A stretch of DNA of 64,000 nt from a virus: the IMG/VR virus record IMGVR_UViG_3300025151_000022, positions 1 to 64,000 of that record; one strand, written 5' to 3'. The position numbers and the translations under genes are program-made. Shown here in pieces: positions 1-7,447 of this stretch (positions are counted from its first letter, which is position 1; the number at the start of each line of letters is the position of its first letter). Under the pieces are notes generated by a model. It was not told where the DNA came from. It was given only the letters and a program-made list of their open reading frames with translations, and did not search any database.

Positions 1-371
1 CGATGCAAAGAATGATAAGTGGTGAAGATAATTACATTCTCACCAGCAGTTCTAGCGGTATTTACAAATAGATTGATCTTTTCTGCCTTTGTTGTAGAGA
101 AATATGAAGTTTCTCCACTGTGAACATGCATTACATGTGTGTGAGCAGTATCAATAATCTCCATAAATTCGCTGCACAGTTGTTCTGCCAGCAGAATACG
201 CGGAGCAACAACAACGGTAGTGGTTCCATTGTTGATAGAATCATGACGATCCCGAGTATCAACAATCATGGTGAGAGTTTTACCACCACCAGTAGGAACA
301 ATAATCTGACCTTTGTTGTAGTCACGCATACGATTTGTGATGCGTTCCTGATGTGGGCGAAGTGTAATCAT
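1..371 (-). CDS. SF2 (DEAD/DEAH, type III restriction Res-like) helicase, N-terminal part; runs off the window edge
   Basis: Not in the ORF track. Manual translation gives MITLRPHQERITNRMRDYNKGQIIVPTGGGKTLTM...VVVAPRILLAEQL: Q-motif (LRPHQ), Walker A (PTGGGKT) and motif Ia (APRILLAEQ). Confidence 0.9.
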   Translation of the reverse strand, partial: MITLRPHQERITNRMRDYNKGQIIVPTGGGKTLTMIVDTRDRHDSINNGTTTVVVAPRILLAEQLCSEFMEIIDTAHTHVMHVHSGETSYFSTTKAEKINLFVNTARTAGENVIIFTTYHSLH

Positions 372-393
372 CTAGGGCGTATCAGTATTACTA

Positions 394-415
394 GGACATT
401 TTAGGGGCTTCAGTT
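394..415 (-). repeat. 22-bp promoter-like intergenic repeat, copy 1 (AACTGAAGCCCCTAAAATGTCC)
   Basis: One of 5 similar copies; CTGAAG-N17-TAATAC(T), about 20 nt upstream of the helicase ATG. Confidence 0.85.
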
Positions 416-418
416 AAT

Positions 419-1366
419 TTAACTGACCATTGCGTCGAGCAATGGATTTTTAATTGATTCTTCAAATAGTTTTTTGCCTTCAGTGTTAAGATCGAATAAA
501 ATGTAATTTCTATCTGTCTGTCTGGCGCTTCTGCCTACTGTACCAGATCCAGCACAAGGATCAAGAACAATAGAGTTTTTGTTACTGAACATGCAAAGTA
601 TGCGATTTAAGAGTGCAACAGGTTTTTGAGTTGCATAATCCAACTTCTCATTTCCCTGAATCTGCTTTACATCAGACCATACATCTTTGACAGGGATTCC
701 ATCCATTTCATCCAAATACTTCTTGACTCTAGGAATACCTGTGTTAGGGGAATATTCTAGTCGATTATCATCATGAAGCATCTGCATCCTCTCTTTTGAT
801 ACATGCCACTGGAGATGATTACCATTCCATTCATATCTCAAATTAGGGCGAGATACAACATTTGGTTGACGATTAACAAGTGCAGATGTGTTGTATTTCT
901 TTTTGCGAATTGGACAGATCTTTGCCTTCCTTACAGTATCCTCATCATATTCTTTGTGCTCTGCATTATAGATGGACTCTTTTCCTTTCTGATAAACAAT
1001 GATCGTATCATGATTACGTTGCAGTTGCTTTTTTGATTTGTGGTTGCCACCAGAAACCCAAGCAATCTCATTCTTAAATCTATTCTCACCAAATACATCA
1101 TCAAGGACAATGCGAATATGGTGAGAGATCTTAGGTTCTACATGCACAACAATGTTGCCACAATCAGTCAGAACTCGATGACACTCTTCCAATAAAGGAC
1201 GCATCAACAATTCACGATAATCTGCACTTGATTTGAATCTGTCATCAAAGTGATAGAAGTCTCTGCCAGTACAATATGGTGGATCAATATAAATTAGATC
1301 CACCGAGTTTGCATCAACTTCTTTCAGTAGTTCTCTACTGTCACCGATTGTATATTCATTCAGCAT
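419..1366 (-). CDS. DNA N6-adenine/N4-cytosine methyltransferase, beta class (Mod-like)
   Basis: VDLIYIDPPY catalytic motif near the N-terminus, TQKP and LDPCAGSGT SAM-binding motif near the C-terminus; likely start is the ATG at 1366, overlapping the upstream stop. Confidence 0.93.
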   Translation of the reverse strand: MLNEYTIGDSRELLKEVDANSVDLIYIDPPYCTGRDFYHFDDRFKSSADYRELLMRPLLEECHRVLTDCGNIVVHVEPKISHHIRIVLDDVFGENRFKNEIAWVSGGNHKSKKQLQRNHDTIIVYQKGKESIYNAEHKEYDEDTVRKAKICPIRKKKYNTSALVNRQPNVVSRPNLRYEWNGNHLQWHVSKERMQMLHDDNRLEYSPNTGIPRVKKYLDEMDGIPVKDVWSDVKQIQGNEKLDYATQKPVALLNRILCMFSNKNSIVLDPCAGSGTVGRSARQTDRNYILFDLNTEGKKLFEESIKNPLLDAMVS

Positions 1367-1889
1367 TGTTGAGAGCAACCAGAACCTCCTTTGCGCGACC
1401 AGTGTACTTTTTACGGACAGCAGCAGGAACAGAACCTACACAATATCCAGGCATATTTTTATCTTCAAGTTCACAACTAGGAATAGCAAGATACTCCCAG
1501 GTTGAAATATCTTCGTGACCTTTGGGGATAATAAACAGTATAACATCAAACGAGTTCACTGCATAGCGAACCTGCCCATTCTTAGCACCATTGTTTGCAT
1601 TTTTGCCAGTAGTGCGGCGAGTTTGTTCCATGTGGAGAGTATTTCCTCCACGATACTTAACTTGAATACGCAGACCTTTTGAAGAAAGTCTATCGTACTT
1701 TTCTTGCTGACCATCAAGATCATCGGGAGATTTATCATTTTCGATTCCACATTCTTCGCGCAACCATTGCGGGGCGATGATACGTTCGGTTGGAAATGCA
1801 AGAAACTTGCCAATTTCCCTTGTGTCACCCTCAGCAATGAGTTCTTCAAAACCGAGAGCAACGATTTCGGAAAGTTGTGAAACTCCCAT
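1356..1889 (-). CDS. Putative PD-(D/E)xK endonuclease (restriction-type)
   Basis: YD-x9-QVK motif (EKYDRLSSKGLRIQVKYRG) and a later FDVILF strand; overlaps the MTase start. Confidence 0.55.
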   Translation of the reverse strand: MGVSQLSEIVALGFEELIAEGDTREIGKFLAFPTERIIAPQWLREECGIENDKSPDDLDGQQEKYDRLSSKGLRIQVKYRGGNTLHMEQTRRTTGKNANNGAKNGQVRYAVNSFDVILFIIPKGHEDISTWEYLAIPSCELEDKNMPGYCVGSVPAAVRKKYTGRAKEVLVALNNAE

Positions 1890-1910
1890 CGGTGGTCTCC
1901 TTAAAATAGT

Positions 1911-1939
1911 AGTTTAACAGAGTCAGAATCGCCTGTCAA
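1911..1939 (-). promoter_or_regulatory. sigma70-type promoter for the nuclease/MTase pair
   Basis: TTGACA-N17-TAAACT, followed by AGGAGA RBS and the ATG at 1889. Confidence 0.8.
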
Positions 1940-1983
1940 TAAAAAAACAACCTCAACAGTACAAATATACCTAGAGGTTGTTT
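1940..1983 (-). terminator. Intrinsic terminator (3' end of a candidate sRNA or leader)
   Basis: AAACAACCTC...GAGGTTGTTT inverted repeat running into a T tract on the minus strand. Confidence 0.7.
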
Positions 1984-2016
1984 CAGAGGTCTTGCAGGCG
2001 GTCCCAGACACTACTG

Positions 2017-2038
2017 GGACGCTTTAGGGGCTTCAGTT
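2017..2038 (-). repeat. 22-bp promoter-like repeat, copy 2 (AACTGAAGCCCCTAAAGCGTCC)
   Basis: CTGAAG-N17-TAGTGT; overlaps the hairpin GTCCCAG-N6-CTGGGAC at 2001-2020. Confidence 0.85.
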
Positions 2039-2544
2039 CAATTCTGGTAGGCGGATGCTGGTTTGTCTTTACCCTTACGAATGTCGCGAATAATTCTATC
2101 GCCAGTTCTCTGGAGTTTCTGTCTTTCGGTTCTAGTATATCCAGATGCTTTTTGTGGTTTATAGTTAGGATTTACTTTCTTAGCAGATTTCTTAGACAGA
2201 AGTTCTGATGCAGATTTAGTCTTTGCACCCGATTCTCTTGCCTTTCTTTCTCTATATGCCTTGCGTTGTGCTTCTTTTGCTGACAATGCAGCAGATCCTC
2301 TTTCCTGTGTTGGTTGTTGCTCTCTTGTAGATCTTTGCCTTTGAGAACCAATATCTTTGCGAGGTTTGTAATCTTTTGCGGGGACCATTTTTCCACCACC
2401 CGCTGCTTTCATTCTACGCTTTTCTGGTTCTGTTTTCTTTCTATTAGCACCAACTCTTCCACCCTCTCCTTGCTTACGGATTTGGGAAGATCCCATGACA
2501 TCCTTATCATATGCTTCTGCAACAAATTCAGCAAAGGTTTTCAT
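2038..2544 (-). CDS. Basic putative internal head protein with T4-like capsid-targeting leader
   Basis: N-terminus MKTFAEFVAE resembles the T4 internal-protein leader MKTYQEFIAE; the body is K/R-rich. Confidence 0.6.
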   Translation of the reverse strand: MKTFAEFVAEAYDKDVMGSSQIRKQGEGGRVGANRKKTEPEKRRMKAAGGGKMVPAKDYKPRKDIGSQRQRSTREQQPTQERGSAALSAKEAQRKAYRERKARESGAKTKSASELLSKKSAKKVNPNYKPQKASGYTRTERQKLQRTGDRIIRDIRKGKDKPASAYQN

Positions 2545-2568
2545 TTTAGACAGGAAAAAATCTCCTAT

Positions 2569-2632
2569 TATTTAGTATAATAGGAGATAATGAACGTTAA
2601 ATCAAGTGGTTATGGACAGTATCTCAACTGTC
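2569..2632 (-). promoter_or_regulatory. Composite promoter: palindrome GACAGTT-N5-ACTGTCC, sigma70 TTGATT-N17-TATTAT, late-type CTAAATA
   Basis: Palindrome at 2614-2632, -35 at 2600-2605, -10 at 2577-2582, CTAAATA at 2569-2575. Confidence 0.7.
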
Positions 2633-2845
2633 TTCAGATTCAATTTCTTTTTCTTTTGTCACTTTGGGACCAACTTGAACTCGTCCAGTTTCATAAAACC
2701 ACCTAACTCGTTCTGCTCGTGCTTGCTTTAGCATATCATATTCTTCTTGTTGCTCTTTAGTAAATCGAAAATCTTGACGCCTCCAAGTCTCTCGGAGTTC
2801 ATTCATGTGAGGCAAAACGTTGACAGTTTGAGTAGGGAAGTTCAT
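2624..2845 (-). CDS. Hypothetical phage protein (MNFPTQTVNVLPH...)
   Basis: ORF track; the ATG at 2845 is the probable start, abutting the upstream small ORF. Confidence 0.75.
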   Translation of the reverse strand: MNFPTQTVNVLPHMNELRETWRRQDFRFTKEQQEEYDMLKQARAERVRWFYETGRVQVGPKVTKEKEIESEDS

Positions 2846-2846
2846 T

Positions 2847-2981
2847 TCAGTAATCAATGTTGGAGTTGAGGTATTCTTTCATGTTGAAATTTTGATTGTC
2901 TTCAATCAAATCTTCAAGATCTTCTTCAATGTGATCAAAGTTTTGAAGTTCTTCAACTTGAATGTCGTCGTACCAGTCCAT
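2847..2981 (-). CDS. Small acidic hypothetical protein, 44 aa (MDWYDDIQVEELQNF...)
   Basis: Manual translation; starts just downstream of repeat copy 3 and fills the gap exactly. Confidence 0.7.
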   Translation of the reverse strand: MDWYDDIQVEELQNFDHIEEDLEDLIEDNQNFNMKEYLNSNIDY

Positions 2982-3003
2982 AAGTGTTGTGCTTACAATA
3001 ATA

Positions 3004-3025
3004 AAACAGTTTAGGGGCTTCAGTT
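3004..3025 (-). repeat. 22-bp promoter-like repeat, copy 3 (AACTGAAGCCCCTAAACTGTTT)
   Basis: CTGAAG-N17-TATTGT followed by AAGCAC, as in copy 4. Confidence 0.8.
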
Positions 3026-3029
3026 TAAT

Positions 3030-3317
3030 TTACTGAGGATCAATATATCTGCCTTCTTGAGATTTATATTGATCAATGTCAATATCTCTTCGATTTTTTA
3101 TATATTCCAACTCATGCCAATTCTCAGGAAAACATAAGACTAGGCAGTGAGTTTTCTTATGAATAGGACAATGTTTGATGTTTTCATCATCTTTACATTT
3201 TACACCAATTTCAATCGTAATGTAAGTATCAGAAACGAAATACACCCATCCTTTAATAACTCTCCCTAGAGAGTCATTCCATACAACATAATCATCTAAT
3301 CTGGGGACATAAGACAT
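3030..3317 (-). CDS. Hypothetical phage protein
   Basis: ORF track; tightly packed minus-strand gene run. Confidence 0.7.
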   Translation of the reverse strand: MSYVPRLDDYVVWNDSLGRVIKGWVYFVSDTYITIEIGVKCKDDENIKHCPIHKKTHCLVLCFPENWHELEYIKNRRDIDIDQYKSQEGRYIDPQ

Positions 3318-3604
3318 TGCATTAAAGGATTCAAGTTGAGTTGCATTGCAGTATAGGGACGAGTATTAGAAATATCTACTACTTTTCCAGGTTTTTTTGA
3401 ATTGATGGGAGCGATGTAGGTGCGTTGTTTGACATTGTAGAAACCCCAGATAGTTTTTGAAACAGCACCGCCGTTGTAAGAGAATTCAGCATGATTGCAA
3501 CACCAAATAGATAAAATGTTGCGTCGGAATTCTTTAACTTCGTAAGTATAGTTTTCAGGTGGTTCATGAGGAAAATCAGGGGGCAATTCTAACTGGTTCA
3601 TCAT
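3296..3604 (-). CDS. Hypothetical phage protein (ELPPDFPHEPP...TRPYTAMQLNLNPL)
   Basis: ORF track 3296-3646; an internal start near 3604/3601 is more plausible given the overlap with the upstream gene. Confidence 0.7.
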   Translation of the reverse strand: MMNQLELPPDFPHEPPENYTYEVKEFRRNILSIWCCNHAEFSYNGGAVSKTIWGFYNVKQRTYIAPINSKKPGKVVDISNTRPYTAMQLNLNPLMQCLMSPD

Positions 3605-3809
3605 CAACAGAAATAGATTGATATTCAGAATACATTGTAGACACAATATATTGTGCCAGTTCTTGAGTTGGTGACACTACATATACATCTACATTATAGA
3701 ATGTTACATCACCTCCAGGAACATCTTGCATAGGGAGTTCTACATTCACCCTCCATACATTACCATCCCGAAGATGTTGTTTCCAACTTAGAACCATGTC
3801 AGGTTTCAT
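3576..3809 (-). CDS. Hypothetical phage protein
   Basis: ORF track; 4-nt start/stop overlap with the upstream gene. Confidence 0.7.
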   Translation of the reverse strand: MKPDMVLSWKQHLRDGNVWRVNVELPMQDVPGGDVTFYNVDVYVVSPTQELAQYIVSTMYSEYQSISVDDEPVRIAP

Positions 3810-4048
3810 GTAGTAAATTCCTCAACAATAGTAGATTCTACATCTTCTGCCAAGGCATAAGTGCGAGACTTTAGAATGTTTTCACGAAGGTTTCCATAAT
3901 ACTGTTGATTAAATCCATCATCACTATCAGTGATAAGATTAAAACAATCTTCGTCACTTTCAGCAATCACATTCCAAACACCACCATATTCGCTAGAAGG
4001 AAAAGGAACAAAGTGGTCAACAATGTAGAAATACTTTTGAGTCATCAT
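3806..4048 (-). CDS. Hypothetical phage protein (YIVDHFVPFPSSEYGG)
   Basis: ORF track; GAGG RBS. Confidence 0.75.
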   Translation of the reverse strand: MMTQKYFYIVDHFVPFPSSEYGGVWNVIAESDEDCFNLITDSDDGFNQQYYGNLRENILKSRTYALAEDVESTIVEEFTT

Positions 4049-4059
4049 CCTCGGTTAGT

Positions 4060-4260
4060 TTACTCCTTAATTTTACTTTGGTCTGTGAGATTAGTCAACT
4101 GGCGCTTTAGTTCATAATAAACTGGATTGAGGTGCATGTAAATGAATTGTTTGTATTCATTTTCCTCTGTCAGGTTGATAATGTTTTCTACTTGATGAAT
4201 TGCTGCTAGTAGCAGAAATTTCTCATCTTTGATTCTTTTCGGTTTGATTTCTTCTTCCAT
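4060..4260 (-). CDS. Hypothetical phage protein
   Basis: ORF track; packed operon. Confidence 0.65.
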   Translation of the reverse strand: MEEEIKPKRIKDEKFLLLAAIHQVENIINLTEENEYKQFIYMHLNPVYYELKRQLTNLTDQSKIKE

Positions 4261-4379
4261 CAGTAAAATTCAGCAAGATAGTAATCAACCGTAACTTCAA
4301 GTCGTTCCGCTTCGGATTCAACCTCTGCCCAAAATTCTTCTGCAACGATTTCCATTTGCTTGAGTTCTTTTTCAGTCAT
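4260..4379 (-). CDS. Small acidic protein, 39 aa (MTEKELKQ...LEVTVDYYLAEFY)
   Basis: Manual translation; overlaps both neighbours' start/stop codons and fills the gap. Confidence 0.7.
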   Translation of the reverse strand: MTEKELKQMEIVAEEFWAEVESEAERLEVTVDYYLAEFY

Positions 4380-4567
4380 TGTGGTTTTTTTACGAAGCGA
4401 TCAAAACGTTGTAATTGATATCCCTCTTTAATTGCATGTATGATGATATTATCATACGAATGAGAATAAAGAGGGATGTTTCTATGTAAAAGATAGTCCT
4501 CACAGTCTTCTGACAGACGTTCTTTATCATCATGAGACATTTCTGTCAGAAAACCTCTATCAATCAT
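4376..4567 (-). CDS. Hypothetical phage protein
   Basis: ORF track; packed operon. Confidence 0.65.
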   Translation of the reverse strand: MIDRGFLTEMSHDDKERLSEDCEDYLLHRNIPLYSHSYDNIIIHAIKEGYQLQRFDRFVKKPQ

Positions 4568-4998
4568 ACTGCCAATGCTCCTTCAGGAATGGAAATCTGC
4601 TCCTTATATGTATCGGACCAGTCTTTAGTATCATAACACTTCCATTCACCATTTTCAAAGATGTAACCATATTCTTCACCATTAGTAAGGTATTTCTCAA
4701 TGTTGTCATCAAGACGAGGAGGGCAATCTTCACCGCGTCCAGAGTAATACTGAGGACCATACTCTTCTGCTTCTTTCTGCTCAGTCACATAAGCAGCAAG
4801 TTGTTTACCAGTCCAGCGATCTTTTGTCCATGCACATGACATGTCACCACCATCAATCAGTTCCGCTGCTTGTTCGCGGGAGTTGTAATGTGTGGTAAGG
4901 ATGCGACCCAACCACTCAGGATATCCATCCCAGTGATGATAAGAACTCAGAATACTGCCATCTTTGAGTTGAATACCGATGCGAGAGCGGGTTCCCAT
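4564..4998 (-). CDS. Conserved phage hypothetical protein (MGTRSRIG...YHHWDGYP family)
   Basis: Recognisable N-terminal TRxxIG and HWDGYP motifs; first gene after repeat copy 4. Confidence 0.8.
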   Translation of the reverse strand: MGTRSRIGIQLKDGSILSSYHHWDGYPEWLGRILTTHYNSREQAAELIDGGDMSCAWTKDRWTGKQLAAYVTEQKEAEEYGPQYYSGRGEDCPPRLDDNIEKYLTNGEEYGYIFENGEWKCYDTKDWSDTYKEQISIPEGALAV

Positions 4999-5024
4999 GT
5001 GTTTGAGTGGTGCTTACACTACAG

Positions 5025-5046
5025 GGACACTTTGGAAGCTTCAGTT
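5025..5046 (-). repeat. 22-bp promoter-like repeat, copy 4 (AACTGAAGCTTCCAAAGTGTCC)
   Basis: CTGAAG-N17-TAGTGT then AAGCAC. Confidence 0.8.
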
Positions 5047-5047
5047 C

Positions 5048-5470
5048 TCAACCACCATCAATCTGACATCCCACCATGGCACCACCAACAACTCCAGCAG
5101 GAATCGCCCACCAGCGACCATCACCCCGGGATGCAGCAGCACCAATTCCGCCACCTAAGATGCCACCGAGAACAGATCCTTCAATGCAAGAATTATCATC
5201 AACATTTGTATTTGGATGTTCTCGATATTCTTGCTGTGGATTAGATCTGCGACAAGGAACACTTTCTTTCGTAACTCTTACTTGTCCGCGAACATATTGA
5301 CCCCGACTATTATAGTGCCCTGGAGTATATTTCTCTACATGCTTAAAGCATTCTTCATAGACATTTGTTTGTCCATGATTATGATTAACTCTCCTATAAA
5401 CTGGACCTCCCGCCAATGCAGGTAGAGGCAAAAATAATAGAGTTGAAAGTAAAAGTGCTTTAGATTTCAT
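5048..5470 (-). CDS. Secreted/membrane glycine-zipper protein
   Basis: Signal peptide MKSKALLLSTLLFLPLPALA; C-terminal GSVLGGILGGGIGAA...AGVVGGAMVG glycine zipper. Confidence 0.8.
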   Translation of the reverse strand: MKSKALLLSTLLFLPLPALAGGPVYRRVNHNHGQTNVYEECFKHVEKYTPGHYNSRGQYVRGQVRVTKESVPCRRSNPQQEYREHPNTNVDDNSCIEGSVLGGILGGGIGAAASRGDGRWWAIPAGVVGGAMVGCQIDGG

Positions 5471-5589
5471 TGTTTTTTGTGTGGTAATGGGGTGAGAGGT
5501 TCAATTTCATCCATTTCTCTCCAAATTTCTGCAAGAGGTCGATCATCTGGTTCATGTAACCAAAAATCATACCATTCAAGAGAAGTCAA
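5467..5589 (-). CDS. Small hypothetical protein, 40 aa (TTG start; ...RPLAEIWREMDEIEPL...)
   Basis: Manual translation; overlaps both flanking genes and fills the gap. Confidence 0.55.
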   Translation of the reverse strand: MTSLEWYDFWLHEPDDRPLAEIWREMDEIEPLTPLPHKKQ

Positions 5590-5768
5590 TGATCCTGTTT
5601 CTGGTTGAATTTTTTCCTGCATTTTTTAACCTCCTTAAGTTCATCCTTGATCATTTGATACGCATCTTCGGAAGACAATCTTTTGGATAATTCCATAGCA
5701 CAGATGATTTCAACTCTAGTTCCAAAATGTTTAAGTGCTTCCTCAAAACAATTTAGCTCTTCATACAT
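5586..5768 (-). CDS. Small helical protein (FEEALKHFGTRVEIICAME...AYQMIK), resembling a cyanobacterial/cyanophage family
   Basis: ORF track; motif recognised from memory only. Confidence 0.7.
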   Translation of the reverse strand: MYEELNCFEEALKHFGTRVEIICAMELSKRLSSEDAYQMIKDELKEVKKCRKKFNQKQDH

Positions 5769-5770
5769 GA

Positions 5771-6079
5771 CTACTTTCCATTTTTCTTACGTTTTGAATT
5801 GCCAGAAGTGTTTCGAGTGGAATCCACGCTGGATTTTCGTTTGTGAACTGCACTTGAACTTCCGTTATTTTTCTTTGATGTTGGCGACTCCACGTTTCTC
5901 TTGTGTTTTTCACGGGATTCAAAGGGTTTTCCATCTTTATGTGTAATGCTACAGTTTCTAGGTTTCAGTTTATATCTATCTAAGTATTTCTGCAAGTGCT
6001 CTCTACACTCAAAATGGCATATTGTGTCACCATTCACTAACCTCCACGGAAAGGCATCATGATATTTAATGTCAGGCAA
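5771..6079 (-). CDS. Hypothetical basic phage protein (FPWRL...CHFECREHLQKYLDRY)
   Basis: ORF track. Confidence 0.7.
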   Translation of the reverse strand: MPDIKYHDAFPWRLVNGDTICHFECREHLQKYLDRYKLKPRNCSITHKDGKPFESREKHKRNVESPTSKKNNGSSSAVHKRKSSVDSTRNTSGNSKRKKNGK

Positions 6080-6287
6080 ATCCTTTCCCTCCTTTTGGTG
6101 GATCTAAAACCTCCATATGAGAGAGAAAATCTTTTTTATTCCACCATATGACAAAGGCATCTTGCCAGTTGTCAACTACAATAGTATCACCTTCTTTAGA
6201 TATAACTTTATAATGATGCCTATCGTATAGACCATCAGAAGTCTTTGTAAAATAACGTGGATCTTTTGGATCAATCAATTGAGTCAT
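6072..6287 (-). CDS. Hypothetical phage protein (YDRHHYK...KGFA)
   Basis: ORF track. Confidence 0.7.
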   Translation of the reverse strand: MTQLIDPKDPRYFTKTSDGLYDRHHYKVISKEGDTIVVDNWQDAFVIWWNKKDFLSHMEVLDPPKGGKGFA

Positions 6288-6421
6288 GATGCGGCGTTCT
6301 TTAATGTGGTGAGAAGATGCATATTGCCATGAAAATACCCTGCCGCAATTACTACCAGTGTGGAAACAAAAAGTCCCACTAACATGAGTACATTCGGCAG
6401 AGGAGATTTTATATTACTCAT
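6284..6421 (-). CDS. Small membrane protein, 45 aa (...LMLVGLFVSTLVVIAAGYFHGNMHL...)
   Basis: Manual translation; single hydrophobic helix, 4-nt overlap with the downstream gene. Confidence 0.65.
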   Translation of the reverse strand: MSNIKSPLPNVLMLVGLFVSTLVVIAAGYFHGNMHLLTTLKNAAS

Positions 6422-6431
6422 CTTTATCAAT

Positions 6432-6632
6432 TCATTTCCAACGAAGAGTCTTCAAGTAATTCAGAACATCTTGGCGAACATCCATCAATTCATGAAAACA
6501 TTTTTGGTTATGAGCACATGCTCTCAGATCAGGATCTGGTTCAATTACAGATTCGATAAAAATGTCTAAACCTCGATTCCATTTATCTTGTTTAGTTTCG
6601 TTGTCATCGATGATTGTGTTCTGATCCTTCAT
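6432..6632 (-). CDS. Hypothetical phage protein (WNRGLDIFIESV...LRACAHNQKC)
   Basis: ORF track. Confidence 0.75.
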   Translation of the reverse strand: MKDQNTIIDDNETKQDKWNRGLDIFIESVIEPDPDLRACAHNQKCFHELMDVRQDVLNYLKTLRWK

Positions 6633-6832
6633 TTAATAATCTCCCAGTTGTCGTCAGATGATTCGTTCATCCAAAAAAAGTATTTACCACTGATAGAAGC
6701 AAGGAATAATTTACCATCTTCACGTTTCTCAATACGACAAGAGTGGAGGTTATTCATCAAATTTGCAAACCTATTTTTTGCCTTAGAGGATCTAGGTTTA
6801 ACACAAATAAATTCAGTTTTAATAGAAGTCAT
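6629..6832 (-). CDS. Hypothetical phage protein (PRSSKAKNRFANLM)
   Basis: ORF track; GAGG RBS and a promoter upstream. Confidence 0.75.
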   Translation of the reverse strand: MTSIKTEFICVKPRSSKAKNRFANLMNNLHSCRIEKREDGKLFLASISGKYFFWMNESSDDNWEIIK

Positions 6833-6856
6833 AGTTTGATTAACCTCGACAAAGGT

Positions 6857-6885
6857 ATTCTAGTGGGTTTTTAGGATGCTGTCAA
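6857..6885 (-). promoter_or_regulatory. sigma70-type promoter
   Basis: TTGACA-N17-TAGAAT. Confidence 0.8.
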
Positions 6886-7338
6886 GCGATTGGGAAATGG
6901 TGTGCCACGACCAAAAGATTCGGGTCCAAGACCCAAATAGCAATAATAAAGTTTCCTCTCCATTTCTCTTGCTTCAAGTTCCCAGGGTTGATTGGAATAG
7001 TCCGTATCAGAGTGGTCTATGCCCTTCCAGAAGCGTTTTTCACCCTTATCCTTTAGATTACCCTTGACATGTTGATAAACGTGCCAGAGTTCGTGTAAGA
7101 GGGTGCTGGTGTAATCATCAATACTCATCTGATTGTGTAGTTCAATTTCAAATGCTCTTGGTCTCCAGTCACAATCAAGGACAGTACACCAACCATATAC
7201 ACCTTCATGAACTAATCCGCGATGATGTACAACAATTTCTAGTTTGTGTCGTGGTAGATACTTATCCACAAACCATTGAACTATACTTTCGCAACGATTT
7301 TTGCTATAGTTGTATCCTGAGTATTCAAGAGAGAGCAT
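6871..7338 (-). CDS. Zincin-like metallopeptidase
   Basis: TLLHELWHVYQH (HExxH) with a downstream PWELEA third-ligand motif; probable start is the ATG at 7338. Confidence 0.8.
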   Translation of the reverse strand: MLSLEYSGYNYSKNRCESIVQWFVDKYLPRHKLEIVVHHRGLVHEGVYGWCTVLDCDWRPRAFEIELHNQMSIDDYTSTLLHELWHVYQHVKGNLKDKGEKRFWKGIDHSDTDYSNQPWELEAREMERKLYYCYLGLGPESFGRGTPFPNRLTAS

Positions 7339-7423
7339 TGATCGCAAGCGAAGTCACACGAGTTCCCCATTGCATCATCCATAAAAATGATCCAATGAAA
7401 ATTAATTTTTCAGTAGTTGACAT
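7325..7423 (-). CDS. Small hydrophobic peptide, 32 aa (MSTTEKLIFIGSFLWMMQWGTRV...)
   Basis: Manual translation; first ATG after repeat copy 5. Confidence 0.55.
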   Translation of the reverse strand: MSTTEKLIFIGSFLWMMQWGTRVTSLAINALS

Positions 7424-7447
7424 CAAAAAGTGTCTCTGATATAACTA

